Positions 18,838 through 27,559 of a stretch of 64,000 bases of DNA are shown here, in pieces. Origin of the DNA: Pseudomonadota bacterium (GTDB lineage Bacteria > Bdellovibrionota_B > Oligoflexia > Oligoflexales > CAIYRB01); assembly GCA_031416315.1 (NCBI GenBank), contig JANOTL010000202.1, forward strand, positions 14,257-78,256, given 5' to 3'. Every line of letters starts with the position of its first letter. Positions within the stretch are counted from its first letter, which is position 1. A program made the position numbers and the translations under genes. A model generated the notes under the pieces. It did not search any database. It saw only the letters and a program-made list of their open reading frames with translations, and had not been told where the DNA came from.

Positions 18838-20307
18838 TCAGCGCGCCAGAGCTGCCGTCCCGAGCACGGCTTTCAAGTCCTGGTCGTTGAAAGTCAGACC
18901 GCCGCCCACGAAGAAGTTGACCTCTTTGTTCACCTTGCCCGTGGCGGGGTCGGTGCGGGTGGGATCGTCGACGCCGGCCATGGCGTAGATGTGGTTGTAG
19001 AAAAGGGCCGAAGCGTAGGCCTTCAGGTGGGCGTTGCGGCGGCGGGTTTTGTCGGCCGTGTCCCAGTCGAAGGCCTCGACGGTCGCGGTGATCTTGTCCT
19101 TCAGGAAGTGGAAGTCGCTGGCGATGCCGCCGGAGGTCTCGAAGAGGCCGAAGCGGATGGTGGTGAAGTACCAGCGCTTGGCGATCTGGGCGTTGAACTT
19201 GATGGCGCGCTTGGTCGAGACGGACTCGATCTCGGTGGTGCTGCCGTCGGCGTTGCGGGTGAGCTTGGTGTTGCGGTCGTAGACGTCTTTCGCCGTGTCG
19301 GTGAGGCCGATCAGGTAGAACCGATCGGGACGCGTGCGAAAGAGGATGTTGAAGTAGTGCTGCGTCGTCTCGTTGCGGCGGAACTCGCCGTGGTAGTCGA
19401 CGTCGATGGCGAGCTTGTTGGCGGGGGCCAGGATCTTGCGGACGTCCTTGATGGCGGACTCGAGCTCCGAGATCGTCTTGTCGTCGTTGACGAGCTTGCC
19501 GATCGTGCCCTCGCCCTTCTCGACCTTCTCGGCGATCAAATTGATGTTTTTGGCGGAGCCGCGGACGTCGACCATGGTCTCGTCGAACGAGGAGAGGATG
19601 CGGTCGATGCGGTCTCTGTTCTCTTGATTGACGACGTCCTTCAGGTTGCCGGAGAAGGTCCGAAGGTCCTGGACGGCAAGGCGCACGTCGGTGATCATCT
19701 TGCGGAAGTCGTCTTCCTTGCCGCCGACGACGCTCTTCACGGTGCCGGTGGTGACCTTGATGTCCTCGGTGATCTGCTCGAGGTTCTTCAAAGTGTTCGT
19801 GATCGATTTCTTGCCGTCCTCGGAGCCCAAGACCTCGGCCAAGGTCTTGGTGATGACCTTGAAGTCCTTCGCGATCTCGCCGGCCATGGCGAACATGGCA
19901 TTCATGTCGAAGCCGGTCTCGGACTGCGGGATGAAGCCGCCGTCCTCGACGTACTGGCCGGTGTCGGCGCCACGGACGACTTCGAGGTGCACGTCGCCGA
20001 GGAGGCCGACGCTGCGAATCTCGATGCGGGACGAGGTCGGGACCTTGATCGACATGTCGACTTCGAGCACGATGCGCGTCGAGGTGCCTTCGAGGGCGAC
20101 CGACTTCACTTTGCCGATGCCGACGCCGCTCGTCTTCACGTGCGACTTGGCGACGATACCCGCGGCGCTGCGTAGGACCGTGTAATAGGTCCTGTACTCT
20201 TTGTTCTCGAAGGTGTCCGGACTCAAGACGAAGAACATGTAGCCGAGCGTGACCAAGGCCACGAGCGCGAACAAGCCGACTTTGAATTCCGTACCGAGGT
20301 TCTTCAT
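18838..20307 (-). CDS. mlaD: long MCE protein with helical region and C-terminal beta-strand-rich domain
   Basis: EFKVGLF TM; SGVGIGKV and GLLGDVHLE MCE motifs; GEGTIGKLVND; alternating hydrophobic strands at the C-terminus. Confidence 0.88.
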   Translation of the reverse strand: MKNLGTEFKVGLFALVALVTLGYMFFVLSPDTFENKEYRTYYTVLRSAAGIVAKSHVKTSGVGIGKVKSVALEGTSTRIVLEVDMSIKVPTSSRIEIRSVGLLGDVHLEVVRGADTGQYVEDGGFIPQSETGFDMNAMFAMAGEIAKDFKVITKTLAEVLGSEDGKKSITNTLKNLEQITEDIKVTTGTVKSVVGGKEDDFRKMITDVRLAVQDLRTFSGNLKDVVNQENRDRIDRILSSFDETMVDVRGSAKNINLIAEKVEKGEGTIGKLVNDDKTISELESAIKDVRKILAPANKLAIDVDYHGEFRRNETTQHYFNILFRTRPDRFYLIGLTDTAKDVYDRNTKLTRNADGSTTEIESVSTKRAIKFNAQIAKRWYFTTIRFGLFETSGGIASDFHFLKDKITATVEAFDWDTADKTRRRNAHLKAYASALFYNHIYAMAGVDDPTRTDPATGKVNKEVNFFVGGGLTFNDQDLKAVLGTAALAR

Positions 20308-20338
20308 GCTCTTTTCATCGGCCCTTCCGTCGTTCCCT

Positions 20339-21091
20339 TTAGAGGAACTCCATGGGACCTTCGACCTTTCCGGCAAAGAATTGGCGTACGATCGGGTCCT
20401 TGGAGGCCCGGAAGTCGTCCGGTGAGCCGGCCAATGCGATCCGACCCTTGTAAAGGAAGACCAGGTTCTCCGCCGTCGCCATCGCCGCCTTGAGATCGTG
20501 CGAAATAACGACGGAAGTCAGAGCCTTTTCCTCCTGATTCAGCTGCACGATGAGCTCGTCGATCATCTCCGACACGAGCGGGTCCATCCCCGTCGTCGGC
20601 TCGTCGTAGAGGATGATCTTCGGGCGGTGCACGAGGGCCCGGGCCAGGCCGACGCGCTTCTTCTCGCCCGTGGAGAGCTCGGGCGGGTATTTGTGCTGGA
20701 TGTTCGGCAGGCCGACTTGGATCAGCACCTCCTCGACGCGCTTCAGCATCTGCGCCGAGGTCATGCTCTTCACGTGCTCGCGCAGCGGAAAGAGCACGTT
20801 CTCGCCCACAGTGAGGCTGTCGAAGAGGGCCGCCATCTGGAAAAGCATCCCGAATTTTTTCCGGTAGTGGCGCAGCGCTTCCACGTCGAAGTCCGTGATG
20901 TCCTCGCCGTCGACGATGATCCGGCCCTCGTTCGGCTTCATCAGGCCCATGATGTGCTTGATGGAGACCGACTTCCCCTCGCCCGATTTGCCGAGGATGA
21001 AGGTGATCTTGCCGGCGGGGATGGTCAGATTCAGGTCGTCTAAGACCTTGTGCGTCCCGAACGACTTGGTGACGTTGTTGAATTGGATCAT
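20339..21091 (-). CDS. mlaF: Mla ABC transporter ATPase
   Basis: GKSGEGKS, GMLFQMAALFDSLTV, LSTGEKKRVGLARA, YDEPTTG. Confidence 0.93.
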   Translation of the reverse strand: MIQFNNVTKSFGTHKVLDDLNLTIPAGKITFILGKSGEGKSVSIKHIMGLMKPNEGRIIVDGEDITDFDVEALRHYRKKFGMLFQMAALFDSLTVGENVLFPLREHVKSMTSAQMLKRVEEVLIQVGLPNIQHKYPPELSTGEKKRVGLARALVHRPKIILYDEPTTGMDPLVSEMIDELIVQLNQEEKALTSVVISHDLKAAMATAENLVFLYKGRIALAGSPDDFRASKDPIVRQFFAGKVEGPMEFL

Positions 21092-21095
21092 CGCC

Positions 21096-21920
21096 TCACC
21101 ACACGATCTGGACGTAGGTGATGACCACGTCCACGAAGAGGATGGAGAGGAGGGTCGTGACGACGGAGTTGGTCGTCGCGATGCCGACGCCCTTGGCGCC
21201 GCCGGAGGCCTTCAGGCCGTAGCGGCAGGCGAGCGCGCCCATGATGATCGCGAAGACGAAGGATTTGACGATGCCTCGGGTGATGTCGCGCGGCAGGACG
21301 AAACGAATGATCTTCTCGACGAACATGCCTTCGTCGATGTTGAAGAGAAAGACGCCCGCGATGTAGGCGCCGATGACGCCGATGAAGATGAACACCGCGC
21401 ACAGCAAAGGCACGATGAGCATCGAGGCGAGCACGCGCGGGACGACGAGGTAGCTCACTGGGTCGACGGCCATCGCCTCCATGGCGTCGACCTGCTCGTT
21501 CACCTTCATCGTGGCGATCTCGGCGGTCATCGCGGAGCCGACGCGGCCCGTGATCAGGACGGCCGTGACGAGCGGCGCGAGCTCCATGCAGAGCGCCTTG
21601 CCGGTGGCGGCGCCCATCAGGCTCTCGGCGCGAAAAATCTGGAAAATCGCGCCGATTTGCAGGCCGAACACGGCGCCGACGGCCAAGGCGGAGATCAGCA
21701 CGATGTTGAGCGACTGGTTGCCGACGAACTCGAGCTGCTGGAAGAGGGAGCCGACGCGGAACGGCCGGCGAAACGTCCACTTCACCACTTCTTTCAGGAA
21801 CTCCAGGAAGGAGCCGAGGTCCTTCCCGACGACGATCACCTTTTTACCGAACAGCTCGATCCCGCGACGCAGAAGCGTGAGCGGCGAATAACTCGGGAGC
21901 TGCTTGGTCGAGGTTTCCAT
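21096..21920 (-). CDS. mlaE: Mla ABC transporter permease
   Basis: ELAPLVTA, GRVGSAMTAEIATM, EQVDAME, GGAKGVG; GAGGAG RBS. Confidence 0.93.
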   Translation of the reverse strand: METSTKQLPSYSPLTLLRRGIELFGKKVIVVGKDLGSFLEFLKEVVKWTFRRPFRVGSLFQQLEFVGNQSLNIVLISALAVGAVFGLQIGAIFQIFRAESLMGAATGKALCMELAPLVTAVLITGRVGSAMTAEIATMKVNEQVDAMEAMAVDPVSYLVVPRVLASMLIVPLLCAVFIFIGVIGAYIAGVFLFNIDEGMFVEKIIRFVLPRDITRGIVKSFVFAIIMGALACRYGLKASGGAKGVGIATTNSVVTTLLSILFVDVVITYVQIVW

Positions 21921-22041
21921 CTCCTCGATTTTAGCGCACTGGCACCCTGGTTCACAGGGAGGCACAATCACCCAGCGTCAACGAATTGACGGGCGCGACT
22001 GCGTCTTATCGGACACAGCCGTCGACGGAGAGCGCACTGAG

Positions 22042-23073
22042 CTACAACTGCACAGCCAGCTTCGAGATCCCGGCGAGCGCGGCGAGGTCGTCTTCGATCT
22101 CCTCGACGCGGATCACACGCACACTCTTGCCGAGCATCGCCTCGATCGCCGCGGCCACCACGCGCTCCGAGGCGAGACGGCGCGCCAGGGTCGGCTGAGA
22201 GGCGTCCACAGCGGCCGCCACGGCGGCGGGCAGGCAACGGTTTACGATCGCGGCGTCCAGCTGATACCCGAGCCCGGCGAGCTCCCGCGTCACGAAGCGC
22301 GCGGAGCGCTCGGCGGCACGGGTCGGCACGGTGACCAGGAAAAAGCACGTGCTCGGGCTCTTCAGCAGCTTCAGGATCTTCTCGCCCGAAGCGTTGAAGC
22401 CCTCGATCACCTCTTGCACCAGCACCAGAAAATCCGCGAAGGAGGTGAGCGCCGTAACGCCCATCACCTTCGCGACGCCACCCATCAGCTTTTCCCCGGC
22501 CGAGAGGAGTCGGCCCAGGCCAAAGCGCCCGGCGACCAGAAAGGGCTTCACCAGCCAGCTCATGACCTTGTTTTCGAAGAATCCGGAGAGCACGTTCGGC
22601 CGTGCGAGAAAGTCGAGCGCATGCGTATCGGGCGGCGTATCGAGGACGACGAGGTCGTAGCGCTTGTCGTCGGCGAGATCCTGGAGCTTCGCGAGCGCCA
22701 TATACTCGAGCGGGCCGATGAGCTTTGTCGACGCAGCCTGGTAAATCGGATGTGAGAGGATCCGAAAAGCGACGCTCGGATTCGGCGCGTGGCGGCGCAC
22801 CATCGCGTCGAAAACTTCTTTCTGGTCGAGCATCGCCGCGTCGAGCGTGCCTTTGACCTCGGGCCCGAGGACGACTTGACGCATCTCTCCGCCAAGGGGG
22901 ATCCCGAGCGCTGCCGCAAGGCGCTGAGCCGGGTCGATGCTCAAAAGGGCGACGCGTCGGCCCTCCGACGCAGCGCGCACGGCGACGGCGACCGATGACG
23001 TGGTTTTCCCTACCCCGCCGGCTCCGAGCAGGATGACGACGCGCTTTCCTTCCAGCAGCGGGATCAAGCTCAC
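22042..23073 (-). CDS. ArsA/Get3-family ATPase, subunit 2
   Basis: GAGGVGKTT, SIDPAQRLA, VLDTPP; GTG start overlaps upstream stop by 4 bp. Confidence 0.88.
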   Translation of the reverse strand: MSLIPLLEGKRVVILLGAGGVGKTTSSVAVAVRAASEGRRVALLSIDPAQRLAAALGIPLGGEMRQVVLGPEVKGTLDAAMLDQKEVFDAMVRRHAPNPSVAFRILSHPIYQAASTKLIGPLEYMALAKLQDLADDKRYDLVVLDTPPDTHALDFLARPNVLSGFFENKVMSWLVKPFLVAGRFGLGRLLSAGEKLMGGVAKVMGVTALTSFADFLVLVQEVIEGFNASGEKILKLLKSPSTCFFLVTVPTRAAERSARFVTRELAGLGYQLDAAIVNRCLPAAVAAAVDASQPTLARRLASERVVAAAIEAMLGKSVRVIRVEEIEDDLAALAGISKLAVQL

Positions 23074-23978
23074 TTTAGGCCCTCCGCGGCGTCGGCCCAG
23101 AGGCGCGTGCCAAAGTCGACCGCGAAGGGCTCGTCGACGGCGCCCAGCTCGGGCAGGAGGTAGACGGGAACGTCGAGGCCATGCTCTGCTTTCAAACGCT
23201 CGAGCCCGCGCGTTAGCGTCGCGAGCGCCTGCTCTGCACGCGCACGTCGCGCCGCGCAGAACTGCGAAGCCGCGTCGGCGCCTGCGGCGGGCACAGGCGG
23301 CACGCGGTTCAAGACGATGGCCGCGAGCTTCGCGGGGGCCTTCTCTTTCAGCTTCGGCAGGAAGTCGAGCGCCTCGGAGACGACGAGCTCTTCTGGAGTC
23401 GCGACGTAGACGATGCCGCACTTCGTCGTGTCGCCGAGGAAGGCCTTGATGCGCTCCGACTCTTTCGCCACGGGACCGCCCAGACTCGACTGCAGGACGG
23501 CGTCGGGCGTCGTCATCAAGCTTAGGAAGTGGCCGGAGGCGAATCCGTCGTAAACAAGCGTCGGATAGCGCGGCGAGGGCTTCAGCTCGACGGCGTAGAA
23601 GAGACGGCCGAGCATCATGAGCTCGGAAAAGCCGGGAATGGTGTTGATAAAGCTCTTCACCACGCGGTGGTTGAAGACCTTCTCGTAGAGAAAGGGCTGG
23701 TTGAGATACTTCACGATGTACTCGCGGAAGTTCTCCGGCGGATCGAGGTTGATCGAGCCCAAACGCTCGCCTAGCGGCGCTTCCTCGTGCTTCGGGCCCG
23801 GGACCAGGCCGAAAAGGGGCGCGATCTGGTCGGTGGCGGCGCTCTCGACGAGCAAGGCGCCGCGGCCTTCCGCGGCGAGCGCTTGGCCCAAGGTCGCGGT
23901 CACGAGAGTCTTGCCGACGCCACCTTTGCCGGTGACGAGGAGCAACTTGAGCGCGAGCAGCGGGCGGATGTCAGCCAT
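23070..23978 (-). CDS. ArsA/Get3-family ATPase, subunit 1
   Basis: VTGKGGVGKT, IPGFSEL, YDGFASGH, TPEEL..SE, VLNR. Confidence 0.88.
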   Translation of the reverse strand: MADIRPLLALKLLLVTGKGGVGKTLVTATLGQALAAEGRGALLVESAATDQIAPLFGLVPGPKHEEAPLGERLGSINLDPPENFREYIVKYLNQPFLYEKVFNHRVVKSFINTIPGFSELMMLGRLFYAVELKPSPRYPTLVYDGFASGHFLSLMTTPDAVLQSSLGGPVAKESERIKAFLGDTTKCGIVYVATPEELVVSEALDFLPKLKEKAPAKLAAIVLNRVPPVPAAGADAASQFCAARRARAEQALATLTRGLERLKAEHGLDVPVYLLPELGAVDEPFAVDFGTRLWADAAEGLK

Positions 23979-23992
23979 CGGGTGGAGGCGGC

Positions 23993-24223
23993 TTAGGCCG
24001 GCTTCTCCGGGCTCGTCGGATCTTTTTTCTCGCCGCCTTCGCCTGCGAGCTTCTTCGCTTCTTCTTCGTCCGGGCTCTTCACGCCTCTCTTGAAGTTCTT
24101 GATGCTCTCGCCGACCGCGCCGCCAAGGGCGGGCAGCTTCTTGGCGCCGAACAAGAGCACGACGACGCCGAAGATCAAGACCAGTTCGCCGATGCCCGGC
24201 AACGCGATCAATGGCATGAGCAC
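23993..24223 (-). CDS. tatA: twin-arginine translocase TatA/TatE (start may be ATG 24217)
   Basis: GIGELVLI...LLFGAKKLPALG..VGESIKNFKRG; AGGAGG RBS. Confidence 0.93.
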   Translation of the reverse strand: MLMPLIALPGIGELVLIFGVVVLLFGAKKLPALGGAVGESIKNFKRGVKSPDEEEAKKLAGEGGEKKDPTSPEKPA

Positions 24224-24266
24224 CCGCCTCCTTCAAGATTCCGTCTCTGCACTATACAACGGAATT

Positions 24267-24294
24267 TACTCGGTCGGTGAGCCTAAAACCTTGA
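24267..24294 (-). promoter_or_regulatory. sigma28/FliA-like promoter upstream of tatA
   Basis: Minus strand TCAAG-N15-ACCGAGTA. Confidence 0.45.
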
Positions 24295-24367
24295 ACGTGC
24301 TCGAAAATTAGCTTCCAGCAAGCGCCCCATTCAAGTCGGCCCCCGGAGCGCCCGAAGCAGGGAGGGC

Positions 24368-24931
24368 ATGGATCCAACCCGTAATTATCGCAGCGCTTGG
24401 GGCGGCTGGGCTCGCACGGTCTTCGACCTGGCGCGGACCTCGCTCGACTTGCCGCAGGCCTTGGGCACGGCGGCGGCAACCGGCGCCTCGCACGAAGAGC
24501 CCGATCTCGACCGAGTGCTGATGGCCGCGGCCGTGGCGGGGGCCCTGGCGGGGCTCGTGGATCAGGCCATGGCGCTGTCACGCGGCACCACGGTGCTCGG
24601 ACAGGCGCTGGCAGAGGTCGCCTCGATTCAAGAGAAAGTCGTCGACCTTTGGCGGACGAGCAACTCGATCAGCGCAGAGATCGTCCAGGCGCTGGGCACG
24701 GAACCGACGAGTCGCGAATGGCCGCTGCGCTTGGCTGCTCTGCAGCACCAAGCTTGCGAGGGCGGGCTCGATGCGGCCATCGGTTACTACGAGACGCACG
24801 CAGCCGTCGGCCAGCGAGGTGAGAGCATGGCGCAGCGGCTCGTGCGGGACCTGCTCGCTTTGCGTAAGACGCGCGCCACTGGAAGCGAACGGCCCGCGGC
24901 CGTGTTTGCGGCCTTGCGGTCCGTGGGCTGA
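24368..24931 (+). CDS. hypothetical helical protein
   Basis: GGGAGGG RBS; fills the gap between tatA and the glycosyltransferase; no motif recognised. Confidence 0.6.
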   Translation: MDPTRNYRSAWGGWARTVFDLARTSLDLPQALGTAAATGASHEEPDLDRVLMAAAVAGALAGLVDQAMALSRGTTVLGQALAEVASIQEKVVDLWRTSNSISAEIVQALGTEPTSREWPLRLAALQHQACEGGLDAAIGYYETHAAVGQRGESMAQRLVRDLLALRKTRATGSERPAAVFAALRSVG

Positions 24932-26110
24932 TCAGTCGTCGTCACCCTCGTCAGGATCCGGCTCGGCAAGCGATTTCTTTTGTTTTTTCGAGTACTTGCC
25001 CATGGCCTGACTGTCCAAGACGACCGGGGCCGGCTCGTCCCTCCGGATTCGCATGAGAAGCTCGCCGAGGCATTCATAGAGCATCGTGTTGTCCTGGGCG
25101 GCGTACGTGGCGAGATTTTTCTCATACGTGTCGAGTTGGCCCAGAAAACGCTCCACGGCCGAGGCGTCGATGCGCGCGACCGTGTCGCCGTAGCCGTATG
25201 CGGCGAGGTAGCGGCCGTTCATCATCTGCTCGAACTGGCCGCCGACCGGGACCGAGAGAATCGGCTGGCGCAGGTGCAAGGCTTCGCCCAGGAGGGTGAA
25301 GCCGCCTCCGGCGATGACGGCGCGCGCATTTGCAAGGTCTTTGAGGAAGCCGCTCTCCGAGAACGGGCACAAGGTGACGTTGCCTTCGACGCCTTCGCGA
25401 CCCATGCCGTAGACGCGGAAGGTGCCCGCGACTTTTTGCAGAGCGGGGACGAGCTCCGTGTTGGAGCTCGAGGTTTGGTAGACCAGGACATGCGCGCCAG
25501 GCTCCCGCTTCGATTGCAAGACCTCGTCGCGGAGGATCGGCGGGATCAAGGTCGTGCGCTTTTTGCGGACCGTGGGGAAGAAGAAGCTCGTGACCAGGTA
25601 ATGGTAGGCGCGGGGGATCTTGACCTTGACGGCGAGCTTGGCGATGCGGAAATCCAGGCTCTTCCTCGAGCCCAGGATCGCCTTCTCGTGTTTGGCGCGA
25701 TTGATGATCTGCATGTTGTCGATGCTGATCACGGGAAGGCGATGACGCATGCCGTACAGGTGCGCCCAAGACTCGAAGTCGGTGATCACCGCCTCCGGCT
25801 TGAAGCGTTGCTCGACGACCTGGCGGTAGATCTCGTAGTTCTTGAGGAGCCCGGCCGGAAGCTGCCCGACGTTGGAAATGACGCTCTCGGCGATGTTGAG
25901 CTGGTTCTCGCCGTATTCGAGCGTGAAGCCGTGGATCTCGGCGAACTGGATGCGCTCCCTGCCCTCAAAGCGGCGGACGAGGAACTTATGCGCGCGGCCG
26001 GAGACGACGACGAGCACCTCGTGCCCTTCGTTCAAAAGGAACTCGAGCACGACGCGGCTGCGTAACGCATGTCCCATGCCTTCGCCGACGACTCCGTAAA
26101 GAATGCGCAT
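24932..26110 (-). CDS. glycosyltransferase, MJ1255/VC2487 family (GT-B)
   Basis: MRILYGVVGEGMGHA, ITDFE, ISIDN, GGGFTL.GEA, GQFEQ..N. Confidence 0.9.
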   Translation of the reverse strand: MRILYGVVGEGMGHALRSRVVLEFLLNEGHEVLVVVSGRAHKFLVRRFEGRERIQFAEIHGFTLEYGENQLNIAESVISNVGQLPAGLLKNYEIYRQVVEQRFKPEAVITDFESWAHLYGMRHRLPVISIDNMQIINRAKHEKAILGSRKSLDFRIAKLAVKVKIPRAYHYLVTSFFFPTVRKKRTTLIPPILRDEVLQSKREPGAHVLVYQTSSSNTELVPALQKVAGTFRVYGMGREGVEGNVTLCPFSESGFLKDLANARAVIAGGGFTLLGEALHLRQPILSVPVGGQFEQMMNGRYLAAYGYGDTVARIDASAVERFLGQLDTYEKNLATYAAQDNTMLYECLGELLMRIRRDEPAPVVLDSQAMGKYSKKQKKSLAEPDPDEGDDD

Positions 26111-26168
26111 GCTCGCCTCCCACTTCTCGCCCTTGACGTGGTCCCCTGAACGCATCGATATATTAGAC

Positions 26169-27479
26169 ATGACCGAGGGTAGTCCGCAGCGCTTAAAGTT
26201 TCCCGAGGGCTTTCTCTGGTCCGCGGCCACGGCGGCGCACCAAATCGAGGGCGCCAACGACAACTGCGACTGGTGGGACTTCGAGGCGGAGCCCGGCCGT
26301 ATCAAGCGCGGCGAGCGCTCGGGACGGGCCTGTGACCATTGGAATCGGGTCGCCGAGGACGTCGCGCTCGTCCAGGCGCTGAATCTGAACCACTACCGCT
26401 TCTCGGTCGAGTGGGCGCGGATCGAGCCTTCGCCGGGGGTCTTCGATAAGGGCGTGATCGACCACTATCGGCGGGAGCTCGAGCTCCTCCGCGACGCGGG
26501 GATCGTGCCGCTCGTCACGCTGCACCACTTCACTTTGCCAAAGTGGGTCGCCACGGCGGGGGGGTGGGGCGCGGACGACATCGCGGAGCGGTTCGCCCTC
26601 TATTGTGAGAAGACTTACGAAGCGCTCGGCGATCTGGCGCGCGACTGGATCACGATCAACGAGCCGATGGTCCTAGTCGTCGCGGGGTATCTGTCGGCGG
26701 ACTTTCCGCCGGCGCGGCGCGAGCCGGCGGGGATTGTTGCGCCCTTGCGGGGCCTGGTCAAAGGACACGTGGCCGCTTACCACGTGATGCATTCGGTCGC
26801 GCGGCGTCTCGGGCGAACCTTGAGGGTCGGGATCGCGCATCATCTGCGCTGCTTCGATCCAGCGCGCCCTTGGCATCCGCTCGACCAGGCGTCGGCGATG
26901 ATCCTAGGGAAGGCGTTCAACTGGGTGATTCCCGACGCCTTGCTCACGGGCAAGCTGTCCTTTCGACTGCCCTTCGTGGTGAAGATGAAGGAAGAGATCG
27001 CGCGGGCCAAAGGAACCGAGGACTTCTTCGGGATCAACTACTACAGCCGCGACTTCATCAAGTTCGCGCCGCTTCACCCCTTGCGCTTTATGCGCGTGGA
27101 GCCTCCGGGGATGTGGCGCAGCGACCTTGGCTGGGAAATCTACCCGCACGGACTCTATCGCCTGTTGAAGGAGATCGAGCGGCGCTATCCCGGGACGCCG
27201 ATCTTGATCACAGAGAACGGGCTCGCGGACGCGCGGGACGTCTCGCGCGAGCGCTTCATCCGGGAGCATCTCCAGGTCGTCCACCGGGCGATCGGCGAAG
27301 GCATGAAGGTCGAAGCGTACTCGCACTGGTCCTTGCTCGACAACTTCGAGTGGGCCGAGGGGTTCGAGCCGAGGTTCGGGCTTTGTGAAGTGGATTATGG
27401 GTCGATGCGGCGGACGGTGCGGGGGAGTGCGCGGGCTTATGCGCGGATGGCGGCGGAGAATGCGGTGGAGCTGGTTTGA
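26169..27479 (+). CDS. glycoside hydrolase family 1 (beta-glucosidase)
   Basis: ATAAHQIEG, YRFSVEWARI, TINEP, ITENG, WSLLDNFEWAEG. Confidence 0.95.
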   Translation: MTEGSPQRLKFPEGFLWSAATAAHQIEGANDNCDWWDFEAEPGRIKRGERSGRACDHWNRVAEDVALVQALNLNHYRFSVEWARIEPSPGVFDKGVIDHYRRELELLRDAGIVPLVTLHHFTLPKWVATAGGWGADDIAERFALYCEKTYEALGDLARDWITINEPMVLVVAGYLSADFPPARREPAGIVAPLRGLVKGHVAAYHVMHSVARRLGRTLRVGIAHHLRCFDPARPWHPLDQASAMILGKAFNWVIPDALLTGKLSFRLPFVVKMKEEIARAKGTEDFFGINYYSRDFIKFAPLHPLRFMRVEPPGMWRSDLGWEIYPHGLYRLLKEIERRYPGTPILITENGLADARDVSRERFIREHLQVVHRAIGEGMKVEAYSHWSLLDNFEWAEGFEPRFGLCEVDYGSMRRTVRGSARAYARMAAENAVELV

Positions 27480-27487
27480 ATTTTTTT

Positions 27488-27547
27488 ACCGCAAAGGGCG
27501 CAAAGCCCGCGAAGAGTCTTTAAACCACCCTTTGCGTCCTTTGCGGT
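27488..27547. repeat. REP-like inverted repeat (18-bp arms) between convergent genes
   Basis: accgcaaagggcgcaaag...ctttgcgtcctttgcggt with T-run and A-run flanks. Confidence 0.8.
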
Positions 27548-27559
27548 CAAAAACCGGCC

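Noticed and set aside
22042..23978. Arsenic resistance operon
   Set aside because: No arsB/acr3, arsC, arsD or arsR; architecture fits Get3-like pairs
27488..27547. c-di-GMP-I riboswitch (GGGCGCAAAGCC)
   Set aside because: Lies between convergent gene ends, lacks the GCAAAC/GAAA stem, and is explained by the REP-like inverted repeat
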